Positions 48,444 to 59,893 of a DNA stretch of 64,000 nucleotides are shown here, one piece after another. The notes under the pieces were generated by a model. That model was not told the origin of the DNA. It made no database searches and saw only the letters and a list, made by a program, of their open reading frames with translations. Source of the DNA: Atopobiaceae bacterium (GTDB lineage: Bacteria > Actinomycetota > Coriobacteriia > Coriobacteriales > Atopobiaceae); NCBI GenBank assembly GCA_040307385.1, contig JAWRJQ010000099.1:18122-82121 (forward strand), in the 5' to 3' direction. A program made the translations under genes and the position numbers. Numbering within the stretch: position 1 is the stretch's first letter; the number at the start of each line of letters is the position of its first letter.

Positions 48444-50537
48444 ATGGGAAAAGTAAAGTACAAGCTCGAGAACCTTCGCAATATCGGCATCATGGCCCAC
48501 ATCGATGCCGGTAAAACGACCACGACCGAGCGCATCCTCTACTATACCGGCAAGACCCACAAGATCGGCGAGGTCCACGACGGTGCGGCAACCATGGACT
48601 GGATGGTCCAGGAGCAGGAGCGCGGCGTAACCATCACCTCGGCGGCCACCACGTGCTTCTGGGGCGATCACGTCATCCAGATCATCGACACCCCGGGACA
48701 CGTCGACTTCACGGCCGAGGTCGAGCGCTGCCTGCGCGTCCTCGACGGCGCCGTCGCCGTGTTCGATGCCGTCGCCGGCGTCCAGCCCCAGTCTGAGACC
48801 GTGTGGCGCCAGGCAACCAAGTACGGCGTGCCCCGCATCGCCTTCATCAACAAGTACGACCGTATCGGCGCCGACTACTTCCGCGCCATCGACACCATGA
48901 AGGAGCGCTTGGGCGCCAACGCCATCGCCGCCCAGATCCCCATGGGTTCCGAGAACAACTTCTGGGGTCTCATCGATCTCGTCACCATGGAGGCGTGGGA
49001 CTTCAAGGAAGACTCCAAGGGCATGATCTATCCCGAGAAGATGGATGAGATCCCCGCCGAGTTCGCCGAACTCGCCGCCGCCAAGCGCGACGAGCTGCTC
49101 GATGCGGCCTCCAACTTCTCCGATGAGCTCATGGAGCTCGTCCTCATGGAGGAGGACGTGCCCGTGGAGACGGTCAAGGCCGCCATCCGCACCGGCGTCA
49201 TCTCCGGCGAGATCAACCCCGTCTTCGTGGGCTCCGCCTACAAGAACAAGGGCATCCAGGAGCTGCTCGATGCCGTCGTGGACTACCTGCCCAGCCCGCT
49301 CGACGTCAAGGAGATCGACGGCGAGACCCTGCGCGGCGAGGCCGACGTGCGCCACTCCGACCCCAAGGAGCCCTTCTCGGCGCTCGCGTTCAAGATCATG
49401 ACCGATCCGTACGTGGGCAAGCTCACCTACATCCGCGTGTACTCCGGCCAGGCCGAAGCCGGCTCCTACGTGTACAACTCCGTCAAAGACAACCGCGAGC
49501 GCCTGGGCCGCATCCTCGAGATGAACGCCAACGACCGCGTTGACCGCGAGGGCTGCTATGCAGGCGACATCGTTGCGTGCGTGGGTCTCAAGAACACCAC
49601 CACCGGCGATACCCTGTGCGACGAGAAGCACCCCATCATCCTCGAGTCCATCAAGTTCGCCGACCCGGTCATCGACGTTGCCGTCGAGCCCAAGACCAAG
49701 GCCGAGCAGGAGAAGATGAGCGTGGGCCTGGCCAAGCTGGCCGAGGAAGACCCCACCTTCCAGGTGCACACCGATCAGGAGACCGGCCAGACCATCATCG
49801 CCGGCATGGGCGAGCTGCACCTCGAGATCATCGTCGACCGCCTGCGCCGCGAGTTCAAGGTGGAGTGCAACGTGGGCAAGCCCCAGGTTGCCTATCGCGA
49901 GACCGCCGGCCGCGCCGTCTCCCACGTCGAGGGCAAGTTCGTGCGCCAGTCCGGCGGGCGCGGCCAGTACGGCCATGCCATCATCGACATCGAACCCAAC
50001 GAGACCGGCAAGGGCTATGAGTTCGAGAACGCCATCGTGGGCGGCGTCATCCCCAAGGAGTACATCCCGTCCATCGACAAGGGCATCCAGGAGGCTCTCG
50101 AGAGCGGCGTCATCGCCGGCTATCCCGTGGTCGATGTCAAGGTCAAGCTCGTCGACGGCTCCTACCACGAGGTCGACTCCTCCGAGGCGGCTTTCAAGAT
50201 CGCCGGCTCCATGGCCATCAAGGAGGCCCTGCGCAAGTCCGATCCCGTCCTGCTCGAGCCCATGGAGGCCGTGGAGGTCGAGACGCCCGAGCAGTACATG
50301 GGCGACGTCATGGGCAACCTCTCCAGCCGCCGAGGCAAGATCGAGGGCATGGAGGACCGTCGCGACACCAAGGTCATCAAGGCCAAGGTGCCTCTGGGCG
50401 AGATGTTCGGCTACGCGACGGACCTTCGCTCCCAAACGCAGGGCCGCGCGAGCTACACCATGCAGTTCGACAGCTACGAGGCGGTTCCCAAGGCGGTTCG
50501 CGACGAGATCGTCGCCAAGCACGGCGGTGTTGCGTAA
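48444..50537 (+). CDS. fusA: Elongation factor G
   Basis: [23 protein letters not shown] and full domain set. Confidence 0.99.
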   Translation: MGKVKYKLENLRNIGIMAHIDAGKTTTTERILYYTGKTHKIGEVHDGAATMDWMVQEQERGVTITSAATTCFWGDHVIQIIDTPGHVDFTAEVERCLRVLDGAVAVFDAVAGVQPQSETVWRQATKYGVPRIAFINKYDRIGADYFRAIDTMKERLGANAIAAQIPMGSENNFWGLIDLVTMEAWDFKEDSKGMIYPEKMDEIPAEFAELAAAKRDELLDAASNFSDELMELVLMEEDVPVETVKAAIRTGVISGEINPVFVGSAYKNKGIQELLDAVVDYLPSPLDVKEIDGETLRGEADVRHSDPKEPFSALAFKIMTDPYVGKLTYIRVYSGQAEAGSYVYNSVKDNRERLGRILEMNANDRVDREGCYAGDIVACVGLKNTTTGDTLCDEKHPIILESIKFADPVIDVAVEPKTKAEQEKMSVGLAKLAEEDPTFQVHTDQETGQTIIAGMGELHLEIIVDRLRREFKVECNVGKPQVAYRETAGRAVSHVEGKFVRQSGGRGQYGHAIIDIEPNETGKGYEFENAIVGGVIPKEYIPSIDKGIQEALESGVIAGYPVVDVKVKLVDGSYHEVDSSEAAFKIAGSMAIKEALRKSDPVLLEPMEAVEVETPEQYMGDVMGNLSSRRGKIEGMEDRRDTKVIKAKVPLGEMFGYATDLRSQTQGRASYTMQFDSYEAVPKAVRDEIVAKHGGVA

Positions 50538-50585
50538 GTTGTAGCCCAATGCGCGGAAACGCGCACGTACATGGAGGTTTTGAAA

Positions 50586-50894
50586 GTGTCAAACCAGAAG
50601 ATCAGGATTCGTCTCAAGGGCTACGACCATGAGGTTGTCGACCAGTCCTCGAAGCTCATCGTCGACACCGCCCTTAAAACCGGCGCCCGCATCTCCGGGC
50701 CCATTCCCCTGCCCACCGAGCGCAACCTCTACACGGTCATCCGCTCGCCGCACAAGTACAAGGACAGCCGCGAGGAGTTCGAGATGCGCACCCACAAGCG
50801 CCTCATCGACATCCTCGATCCCTCCAGCTCGACGGTCGATTCGCTCATGCGCCTCGACCTCCCCGCTGGCGTCGATATCGAGATCAAGCTCTAA
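50586..50894 (+). CDS. rpsJ: 30S ribosomal protein S10
   Basis: GTG start; IRIRLKGYD and [13 protein letters not shown]. Confidence 0.99.
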   Translation: MSNQKIRIRLKGYDHEVVDQSSKLIVDTALKTGARISGPIPLPTERNLYTVIRSPHKYKDSREEFEMRTHKRLIDILDPSSSTVDSLMRLDLPAGVDIEIKL

Positions 50895-50918
50895 GCGAGC
50901 CTTCTGTTGCACGCATGC

Positions 50919-50946
50919 GCGCCCCCGGCCTTCGGGCTGGGGGCGC
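50919..50946 (+). terminator. Stable hairpin after rpsJ (possible terminator)
   Basis: 12-bp stem GCGCCCCCGGCC-TTCG-GGCTGGGGGCGC; weak T-tail. Confidence 0.55.
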
Positions 50947-50971
50947 TGTGCGTTCGCAGGGCGAAAAGGGC

Positions 50972-51082
50972 ATGGCGCCAAAACGCCTTATTCCTGCGGA
51001 TTCTGGCACGAGAAAGCCCTATTCCTCAGGAACAAGGCGTTCTGGGGGATCAGGCCGCAGAAATAAGGCGATTCCGTGCCAC
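50972..51082. repeat. 111-bp nested inverted-repeat element
   Basis: 28-bp imperfect arms at 50972-50999 and 51055-51082; central palindrome TTCCTCAGGAA; internal partial arm copies. Confidence 0.7.
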
Positions 51083-51097
51083 GGTGCGCGCAGCACT

Positions 51098-51697
51098 CTA
51101 CCAGCTCACCGTTTCCCAGATGGAGAAGAGATAGCTTTCATCGAGCGTGATGCCGCCTTCGCGGATCGACGGCTCCACGACCAGGATCTCGAGCGCATTG
51201 CCCTCGTCGATCTGCACGGCTGAGACGAAGCACATGTTGGGGCGGCCGTATTCGTCATCGAAGCGGTACCAGCCCCACAGCACCTCGTGCCCGCCGACCT
51301 CGGTGCGCATGACTTCGCTCACCTCGACCTGCGTGTAGCGTCCGCCGAAGAGATGAGCGCCCACAATGGTGTCCGCATCGAGCTGGCAGGCGAGGTACTT
51401 CTCGGCATCGTCGGAGGTGTAGGCGATGTCCACGCTGCCCCGCGCCCATAAACAGCCGATGCGCTCCTCGGCAACGCCTGCATCGTCGGCGAGCGGTTCG
51501 TACTTCACGGTTTCCAGCCAGGCGGGGAAGCCCACGGTAACCTGCGGGGCCGCGTCGTCATGCCACGGCACGAGCACCACCGAATCCTGCGTGGAGAGGT
51601 CGACCTCCACGGCGTTGGGCGACATGCCGTCGCCGCACCCGGCGAGCGTCAGGCATGCGAGCAGGGCAACGAGCGGAAACAAGAGGCGTGTACGCAT
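51098..51697 (-). CDS. Hypothetical lipoprotein lying between rpsJ and rplC
   Basis: Signal peptide with lipobox LAGC; GGAG RBS. Confidence 0.75.
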   Translation of the reverse strand: MRTRLLFPLVALLACLTLAGCGDGMSPNAVEVDLSTQDSVVLVPWHDDAAPQVTVGFPAWLETVKYEPLADDAGVAEERIGCLWARGSVDIAYTSDDAEKYLACQLDADTIVGAHLFGGRYTQVEVSEVMRTEVGGHEVLWGWYRFDDEYGRPNMCFVSAVQIDEGNALEILVVEPSIREGGITLDESYLFSIWETVSW

Positions 51698-51941
51698 GAA
51701 GGCTCCCAACGACGATGACAGCACAGCAAGTGTACGCTAATCCCGCATCGCCGCACGAAATCGCCCGAAAAACTTCTTGAGATACGCCCGGCGCAGTGGT
51801 AATCTAGTAGAGCTGCTCTCTCTAGCAGGTCATGCACCCATGCCACGAGCAAGCAGCGCTTCTGACGGATGTGGTCCGCTGGGGACGTGCGATAAGGGAT
51901 CGCGCGCAAAGGCCCATGACCACCAAGGGAAAGGACCAGCG

Positions 51942-52562
51942 ATGGTCAACACTATTCTCGGCCGCAAGCTGGGGATGACGCAGGTTTGGGACGATGACGA
52001 CAACGTCGTTCCCGTTACCGTCATCCAGGCTGGCCCCTGCACGATCTCGCAGGTGAAGACCAAGGCGACCGACGGCTATGACGCCGTCCAGATCGGTTTT
52101 GGCGAGATCAAGCCCAAGCGCGTCAACAAGCCTCTCGCGGGCCACTTCAAGGCCCAGGGCGTCGAGCCCATGCGCTACCTCCGCGAGGTGCGCGTCGAGG
52201 ACGCCGGCGAGTACAAGGCGGGCGACCAGGTCACCGTCGAGATCTTCTCCGACACCAAGGCCGTCGACGTAACCGGCACCTCCAAGGGCAAGGGCTTCCA
52301 GGGCACCATCAAGCGTTGGAACTTCCATCGCGGCCCCATGACGCACGGTTCGCGCAACCAGCGTCGCCCGGGTTCCATCGGCCAGTGCGCGTACCCAGCC
52401 CGTGTTCGCAAAGGCCTCCACATGGCCGGCCACATGGGCAACGAGCGCGTCACCGTGAAGAACCTCAAGCTCGTGCGCGTTGACGCCGAGCAGAACCTCT
52501 TGCTCGTCAAGGGCGCCGTTCCCGGCGGCAAGAACGCCCTCGTCCAGGTCCGCATGGCTTAA
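51942..52562 (+). CDS. rplC: 50S ribosomal protein L3
   Basis: [16 protein letters not shown] and GHMG motifs. Confidence 0.99.
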   Translation: MVNTILGRKLGMTQVWDDDDNVVPVTVIQAGPCTISQVKTKATDGYDAVQIGFGEIKPKRVNKPLAGHFKAQGVEPMRYLREVRVEDAGEYKAGDQVTVEIFSDTKAVDVTGTSKGKGFQGTIKRWNFHRGPMTHGSRNQRRPGSIGQCAYPARVRKGLHMAGHMGNERVTVKNLKLVRVDAEQNLLLVKGAVPGGKNALVQVRMA

Positions 52563-52576
52563 AGGAGGGTACAGCA

Positions 52577-53203
52577 ATGGCACACTACGATATCAAGAAG
52601 GCCGATGGCAAGAAGGCCGGCACCGCCGAGCTTTCCGACGCCGTCTTCGGCATCGAGCCCAACATCCCCGTCATCCACCAGGTGGTCGTCTGCCAAGACG
52701 CGTGCATGCGTCAGGGCACCCATTCCACCAAGAACCGCCACGACGTCTCCGGCGGCGGCAGGAAGCCCTACCGCCAGAAGGGCACCGGCCGTGCCCGCCA
52801 GGGCTCGATCCGTGCGGGCCAGTGGACCGGTGGCGGCGTCATCTTCGGGCCCATGCCCCGCAGCCACGCCAAGCGCATCAACAACAAGATGGTCAAACTG
52901 GCCATGCGCTCCGTGCTCTCCGGCAAGGTTGCCGACGAGGAGCTCGTCCTTGTCGACGCCCTGAGCTTTGAGAAGCCCTCCACCAAGGAGGCCAAGGCCG
53001 TCCTCGACGCCCTCGGCATCAACGGTAAACGCGTCACCCTCGTGGTTCCCGACGACGATGTCAACACCTACCTGTCGTTCCGCAACCTCCCGAAGGTGTC
53101 CATCTTCGGCGTTTCCGAGGTCAACGCCCGCTACCTCATCGACAACGGCGTCCTTCTCATGACCGCCGACGTCGCCAAGCAGCTCGAGGAGGTGCTCGCA
53201 TAA
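52577..53203 (+). CDS. rplD: 50S ribosomal protein L4
   Basis: [12 protein letters not shown]. Confidence 0.99.
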   Translation: MAHYDIKKADGKKAGTAELSDAVFGIEPNIPVIHQVVVCQDACMRQGTHSTKNRHDVSGGGRKPYRQKGTGRARQGSIRAGQWTGGGVIFGPMPRSHAKRINNKMVKLAMRSVLSGKVADEELVLVDALSFEKPSTKEAKAVLDALGINGKRVTLVVPDDDVNTYLSFRNLPKVSIFGVSEVNARYLIDNGVLLMTADVAKQLEEVLA

Positions 53204-53508
53204 TGAACTCCGCATATAACGTCATCATCCGCCCCATCGTCTCCGAGCGTTCGTACGAACTCATGGAGCAGGGCAAGTACACGTTCGAGGTCGCCAAGAC
53301 CGCCGGCAAGGAGGAGATCGCCGAGGCCGTCGAGAAGCTCTTCGACGTCCACGTGGTCAAGGTCAACACCATGTCGGTCAAAGGCAAGCACAAGCGCGTC
53401 CGCTATCAGACCATGGGCATGACCCGCTCTTGGAAGAAGGCCATCGTCACCCTGAAGGATGGCGAGACCATCGAGATCTTCGGCAACCAGCAGGTGGCCG
53501 CAGAGTAG
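53203..53508 (+). CDS. rplW: 50S ribosomal protein L23
   Basis: RPIVSE and WKKAIVTL. Confidence 0.98.
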   Translation: MNSAYNVIIRPIVSERSYELMEQGKYTFEVAKTAGKEEIAEAVEKLFDVHVVKVNTMSVKGKHKRVRYQTMGMTRSWKKAIVTLKDGETIEIFGNQQVAAE

Positions 53509-53646
53509 GCATTCCACCCGCGCCCGAAACCGGGCCGGGTTCTTATGCCGCGTGTAATGGATACGCGCGGTACCGTGGTAAGTCCGGTGTCGTTGCGCCA
53601 CACCTTCGAGCGGAACGGCCAACGGAACACAGAAGGGATTTGAGTA

Positions 53647-54489
<843 letters not shown>

Positions 54490-54519
54490 TCGGAACACGA
54501 GTGAGTGGAGAAAGATAGT

Positions 54520-54780
54520 ATGAGCAGAAGTCTCAAGAAAGGCCCGTTTGTGGAGACTCGCCTCCTCGCGCGTGTCACCGCACAGAACGAGGCCGGCACC
54601 AAGGAGGTCATCAAGACCTGGTCGCGCTCCTCGACCATCTATCCCGAGATGGTAGGCCACACCATCGCCGTCCACGACGGCCGCAAGCACGTCCCCGTAT
54701 ACGTCACCGAGTCCATGGTCGGTCACAAGCTGGGCGAGTTCGCCCCCACGCGCACCTTCCGCGGGCACAAAGCAAAGTAA
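54520..54780 (+). CDS. rpsS: 30S ribosomal protein S19
   Basis: [10 protein letters not shown] and [11 protein letters not shown]. Confidence 0.99.
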   Translation: MSRSLKKGPFVETRLLARVTAQNEAGTKEVIKTWSRSSTIYPEMVGHTIAVHDGRKHVPVYVTESMVGHKLGEFAPTRTFRGHKAK

Positions 54781-54795
54781 GGAGGGTAGACGCTC

Positions 54796-55143
54796 ATGGC
54801 AAACACCGAAGTCAAGGCCACGGCCAAGTACGTGCGCACCGCGCCGCGCAAGGCCCGCATGGTCGTTGACATGATCCGCAGCAAGTCCGTCGCCCAGGCG
54901 CTCGAGATCCTCCAGTTCTCCAACCGCGCCGTCGCCGTCGACGTTGCCAAGGTCATCCGTTCCGCCGTCGCCAATGCCGAGAACAACAGCGGCCTGCGCG
55001 GCGAGAACCTCATCATCAAGGCCTGCTACGTGGATGAGGGCCCCACGCTCAAGCGCATCCGTCCCCGCGCCAAGGGTTCCGCGAGCCGCATCAACAAGCG
55101 TATGAGCCACATCACCGTCGTCGTCGCACCGAAGGAGGCGTAA
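54796..55143 (+). CDS. rplV: 50S ribosomal protein L22
   Basis: PRKAR and RPRAKGSA. Confidence 0.99.
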   Translation: MANTEVKATAKYVRTAPRKARMVVDMIRSKSVAQALEILQFSNRAVAVDVAKVIRSAVANAENNSGLRGENLIIKACYVDEGPTLKRIRPRAKGSASRINKRMSHITVVVAPKEA

Positions 55144-55150
55144 AAGAGCT

Positions 55151-55863
55151 ATGGGCCAGAAGGTACATCCTACCGGTTTCCGTCTCGGCACCACCGAGAA
55201 TTGGCGTTCTCGCTGGTACGCCGATAAGAAGAAGTATGCCGCAACCGTCGGCTCCGACCTTGCCATCCGCACGTTCCTCGAGAAGCGCCTCGCCAACGCC
55301 GCGCTCTCGCGCGTTGAGATCGAGCGTGCCGGCGACAAGATCGCCGTCACCATCTACACCGCCCGCCCCGGTGTCGTGATCGGCAAGAAGGGCGCCGAGA
55401 TCGACACGCTCCGCACCGACCTCGAGAAGGTCGCCGGCGTGGAGAAGGGCATGGTCGCCGTGGACGTCGTCGAGGTCAAGCGCCCCGAGCTCGATGCCAC
55501 GCTCGTCGCCCAGTCCATTGCCGACCAGCTCGAGGGTCGTATCGCGTTCCGCCGCGCCATGCGCAAGGCGGTCCAGACCGCACGCAAGTCCGGCGCCAAG
55601 GGCATCCGCATCCAGTGCTCCGGCCGCCTCAACGGCGCCGAGATGGGTCGTCGCGAGTGGTACCGCGAGGGTCGCGTGCCCCTGCACACCCTCCGCGCCG
55701 TCATCGATTACGGCGAGGCCGTCGCCTCCACCACCATGGGCGCCTGCGGCGTCAAGGTGTGGATCTACCACGGCGAAAAGCTCCCCGGCCAGGACGCCCC
55801 CAAGCCCGCGCTCGAGGGCTCCGCGCGTCCGCGCCGTCCGCGTAACGAGAGGAGGAGCCGCTA

Positions 55864-55864
<1 letters not shown>
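55151..55864 (+). CDS. rpsC: 30S ribosomal protein S3
   Basis: MGQKVHP and [10 protein letters not shown]. Confidence 0.99.
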
Positions 55865-56289
<425 letters not shown>

Positions 56290-56291
56290 CC

Positions 56292-56507
56292 ATGAAATAT
56301 GCCGATGTTGCCAAGCTCACCGATGAGGAGCTGGCCAAGAAGCTGGAGGAGGGCCGCGCTGAGCTCTTCAACCTCCGTTTCCAGATGGCCACCAGCCAGC
56401 TCGACAACACTGCGCGCGTGAAGACCGTCAAGCGTGACATCGCGCGTGTTCAGACCGAGATGCGTACCCGTCAGATCGCAGCGGACAAAGCCGCTGCGGC
56501 CGAGTAG
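56292..56507 (+). CDS. rpmC: 50S ribosomal protein L29
   Basis: ELFNLRFQ and DIARVQT. Confidence 0.98.
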   Translation: MKYADVAKLTDEELAKKLEEGRAELFNLRFQMATSQLDNTARVKTVKRDIARVQTEMRTRQIAADKAAAAE

Positions 56508-56524
56508 AGCCAGGAGAGTAAGAC

Positions 56525-56791
56525 ATGGCTGAGAACGAGACCAGGAACGCTCGAAAGGTCCGCACCGGCATCGTCGTCTCCCTCTCCGGCGACAAGACGA
56601 TTACGGTCCAGATCACCTATCGCAAGCGTCATCCTCGGTACAACAAGATGATGACTATCAACAAGAAGCTCCACGCGCACGACGAGAGCAACGACGCCGG
56701 CCTCGGCGATACCGTCCGCGTTATGGAAACCCGTCCGCTTTCGAAGACCAAGCGCTGGCGCCTGGTTGAGATCGTGGAACGCGCCAAGTAA
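56525..56791 (+). CDS. rpsQ: 30S ribosomal protein S17
   Basis: AHDE and [11 protein letters not shown]. Confidence 0.98.
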   Translation: MAENETRNARKVRTGIVVSLSGDKTITVQITYRKRHPRYNKMMTINKKLHAHDESNDAGLGDTVRVMETRPLSKTKRWRLVEIVERAK

Positions 56792-56805
56792 AGGAGGAGT
56801 GCCCC

Positions 56806-57174
56806 ATGATTCAGATGGAGTCCATGCTCAATGTGGCCGACAACAGCGGCGCAAGGCGCGTGAAGTGCATCAAGGTCCTCGGCGGTTCCAAGCGCCGGTA
56901 TGCCGGCCTCGGCGACGTGGTCGTCGGAGCCGTCCAGGAGGCAACGCCCAATGCCGCCGTCAAGAAGGGCGACATCGTGCGCTGCGTCATCGTGCGCACC
57001 GCCAAGGAGACCCGCCGCAAGGACGGCAGCTACATCAAGTTCGATCAGAACGCCTGCGTGCTGGTCAACAAGGATGGCGAGCCCCGCGGCACCCGTATCT
57101 TCGGGCCTGTTGCACGCGAGCTGCGCGACCGCAAGTACATGAAGATCGTCTCGCTTGCGCCCGAGACGCTGTAG
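56806..57174 (+). CDS. rplN: 50S ribosomal protein L14
   Basis: VADNSGA and [12 protein letters not shown]. Confidence 0.99.
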   Translation: MIQMESMLNVADNSGARRVKCIKVLGGSKRRYAGLGDVVVGAVQEATPNAAVKKGDIVRCVIVRTAKETRRKDGSYIKFDQNACVLVNKDGEPRGTRIFGPVARELRDRKYMKIVSLAPETL

Positions 57175-57188
57175 GAGGAGACGAGATT

Positions 57189-57503
57189 ATGCCTAAGATG
57201 AACGTTAAGAAAGGCGATACCGTCGAGGTCATCTCCGGCAAGGACAAGGGCAGGCAGGGCCAGGTTCTGCGCGCCTTCCCCGACGAGGGAAGGGTTCTTG
57301 TCGAGGGCGTTGCCATGGTCAAGAAGGCCATGCGTCCCAACCAGATGAACCAGCAGGGCGGCATCGTAGACCGCCCCGCCAAGATCGACGTGTCCAACGT
57401 CATGCTCGTGTGCCCCACCTGCGGCGAGGCCACCCGCGTCGGCCACACCGGCACGGGTGCCGACAAGAAGCGCGTCTGCAAGAAGTGCGGCGCAGAGTTT
57501 TAA
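57189..57503 (+). CDS. rplX: 50S ribosomal protein L24 (with CxxC...CxxC)
   Basis: [18 protein letters not shown] motif; SNVML. Confidence 0.98.
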   Translation: MPKMNVKKGDTVEVISGKDKGRQGQVLRAFPDEGRVLVEGVAMVKKAMRPNQMNQQGGIVDRPAKIDVSNVMLVCPTCGEATRVGHTGTGADKKRVCKKCGAEF

Positions 57504-57535
57504 GCCGCCGCATCTGTTGCACAGCACGTAAAACG

Positions 57536-57568
57536 ACCGACCCCGTCCGAGCGCGGGGTCGGTTTTCT
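57536..57568 (+). terminator. Intrinsic terminator after rplX
   Basis: ACCGACCCCG/CGGGGTCGGT stem followed by TTTCTC. Confidence 0.8.
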
Positions 57569-57620
57569 CATATCGGCGGTAGGCGGCGCATATCCGATGA
57601 CGCGAATTCAAATCCTTCTT

Positions 57621-57815
57621 GTGTCACGCCGATTTACGCAAATGGCATAATTATCCGTTTTTCTGCTGATTTTGGGGCTCGATTCTCCATCGGACGAAAA
57701 CCTGCCCTCCATTTGCGCAGGTCAGACAGCCTGTGAATGCGACCCCGTTTTTTCCGGTGCCGTTTTTCGGCAGAAAAACGGAAAATTATGCCATTCCCGC
57801 GTGTCGGCGTGACAC
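57621..57815. repeat. 195-bp element with 49-bp imperfect inverted arms
   Basis: Arms at 57621-57669 and 57767-57815 differ in one 8-nt block and two single bases. Confidence 0.85.
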
Positions 57816-57876
57816 GATTGCGCCTGCGAGGCCATGCGTGCAGCATTGAAATCGCAGCATGATAAATGACTCATAA

Positions 57877-57901
57877 AATCTATTGTGTGAAGACTTAGAT
57901 T
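57877..57901. promoter_or_regulatory. Candidate HspR operator upstream of dnaK
   Basis: AATCTA-N13-TAGATT; same geometry upstream of clpB. Confidence 0.55.
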
Positions 57902-57986
57902 ATGTATATTAATAACCTTGAAAGGATATAACCTGTACTAGTAAAAGAAATCAAGCGCGTCAAAGCGCAGGAAGAAGGGATTCAAA

Positions 57987-59873
57987 ATGGCAAAGATTCT
58001 GGGCATCGACCTGGGCACCACCAACTCGGCGATGGCTGTTCTCGAGGGCGGCGAGCCCACGATCATCGTCAATGCCGAGGGCGACCGCACCACCCCGTCC
58101 GTCGTGGGATTCCGTTCCGATGGCGATCGCATCGTGGGCAAGGCCGCCAAAAACCAGGCCGTCACCAACCCCACCAACACCGTGTTCTCCATCAAGCGTT
58201 TCATGGGTCGCAAGATCGACGAGGTCGAGTCCGAGCTCAAGACCGTTCCCTATCAGGTCAAAGCCGGTACGGGCGGCCGCGCGGTCGTGGGCATCGGCTC
58301 CGAGGACTTCACTCCCGAGCAGATCAGCGCCATGATCCTCGCCAAGATGAAGGCCGATGCCGAGAAATACCTTGGCGAGCCCGTCACCGAAGCCGTCATC
58401 ACCGTTCCCGCCTATTTCAACGATGCCCAGCGCCAGGCCACCAAGGACGCCGGCAAGATCGCCGGCCTCAACGTGCAGCGCATCGTCAACGAGCCCACCG
58501 CTGCGGCCCTTGCCTACGGCCTCGACAAGAAGGGCGTCGACCAGAAGGTCCTCGTCTTCGACCTAGGCGGCGGCACCTTCGACGTGTCCCTGCTCGATCT
58601 GGCCGACGGCGTGGTCGAGGTTCTCGCCACCAACGGCGACAACCACCTGGGCGGCGACGACTGGGATCAGCGCGTCATCGATTGGCTGGCCGACAGGTTC
58701 AAGGCCGATAACGGCATCGATCTGCGCAGCGACCCCATGGCTCTGCAGCGCCTGAAGGAGGCTGCGGAGAACGCCAAGAAGGAGCTTTCCAGCGCCCAGC
58801 AGGCCCAGGTCAACCTCCCGTTCATCACGGCCGACGCAACCGGCCCCAAGCACCTCGACTACACGCTCTCCCGCGCCGAGTTCGAGCGCATCACGCGCGA
58901 TCTGCTCGACCGTTGCAAGGCGCCCGTCACCAAGGCCCTGCGCGACGCCAACCTGCAGATCTCCCAGGTCAACGAGGTCATTCTCGTGGGCGGCTCCACC
59001 CGCATGCCCGCTGTGCAGGAGCTCGTCAAGACCATGACCGGCAAGCAGCCCAACATGTCCGTCAACCCCGACGAGGTCGTCGCCGACGGCGCAGCCGTTC
59101 AGGGCGGCGTGCTCACGGGCGACGTCTCCGGCATCCTGCTTCTCGACGTCACGCCCCTGTCGCTCGGCGTCGAGACCCTCGGCGGCGTTATGACCCGAAT
59201 GATCGACCGCAACACCACCATCCCCACGTCCAAGACCGAGATCTACTCCACGGCGTCCGACAATCAGACGTCCGTCGAGATCAACGTCCTGCAGGGCGAG
59301 CGCGAGATGGCCGCCGACAACAAGAGCCTGGGCAAGTTCAACCTCACCGGCATCCCTGCAGCGCCGCGCAACGTGCCCCAGATCGAGGTCACGTTCGACA
59401 TCGACGCCAACGGCATCGTGAAGGTGACCGCCAAGGACAAGGCCACCGGCAAGAGCCAGCAGATCACCATCTCCGGCTCCACCGCCCTCTCCGATGACGA
59501 AGTCGATCGCATGGTCAAGGACGCTGCGGCCCATGCCGAGGAGGACAAGGCCAAGAAAGACGAGATCGAGGTCCGCAACCAGACCGACTCGCTGTGCTAC
59601 TCCACCGAGCAGACCCTGAGCGAGCTGGGCGACAAGGTTCCCGCCGACACCAAGGCAGACGTCGAGGCTGCCGTGGCAGAGGCCAAGAGCGCCCTGGGCG
59701 GCACCGACATCGAGGCCATCAAAGCCGCCGGCGAGAAGCTCAGGCAGACCGGCTACAAGCTGGCTGAGATCGTCTACTCCGACCAGCAGTCCCAGACCGC
59801 AGACGGTCCTTCCGCCAGCGATGGCGGCGATGACGTGGTGGACGCCGATTACGAGGTCGTAGACGACAACTAA
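57987..59873 (+). CDS. dnaK: Chaperone DnaK
   Basis: [19 protein letters not shown] and [10 protein letters not shown] motifs. Confidence 0.99.
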   Translation: MAKILGIDLGTTNSAMAVLEGGEPTIIVNAEGDRTTPSVVGFRSDGDRIVGKAAKNQAVTNPTNTVFSIKRFMGRKIDEVESELKTVPYQVKAGTGGRAVVGIGSEDFTPEQISAMILAKMKADAEKYLGEPVTEAVITVPAYFNDAQRQATKDAGKIAGLNVQRIVNEPTAAALAYGLDKKGVDQKVLVFDLGGGTFDVSLLDLADGVVEVLATNGDNHLGGDDWDQRVIDWLADRFKADNGIDLRSDPMALQRLKEAAENAKKELSSAQQAQVNLPFITADATGPKHLDYTLSRAEFERITRDLLDRCKAPVTKALRDANLQISQVNEVILVGGSTRMPAVQELVKTMTGKQPNMSVNPDEVVADGAAVQGGVLTGDVSGILLLDVTPLSLGVETLGGVMTRMIDRNTTIPTSKTEIYSTASDNQTSVEINVLQGEREMAADNKSLGKFNLTGIPAAPRNVPQIEVTFDIDANGIVKVTAKDKATGKSQQITISGSTALSDDEVDRMVKDAAAHAEEDKAKKDEIEVRNQTDSLCYSTEQTLSELGDKVPADTKADVEAAVAEAKSALGGTDIEAIKAAGEKLRQTGYKLAEIVYSDQQSQTADGPSASDGGDDVVDADYEVVDDN

Positions 59874-59893
59874 GGCGAAAGCAGGCTGCGATC

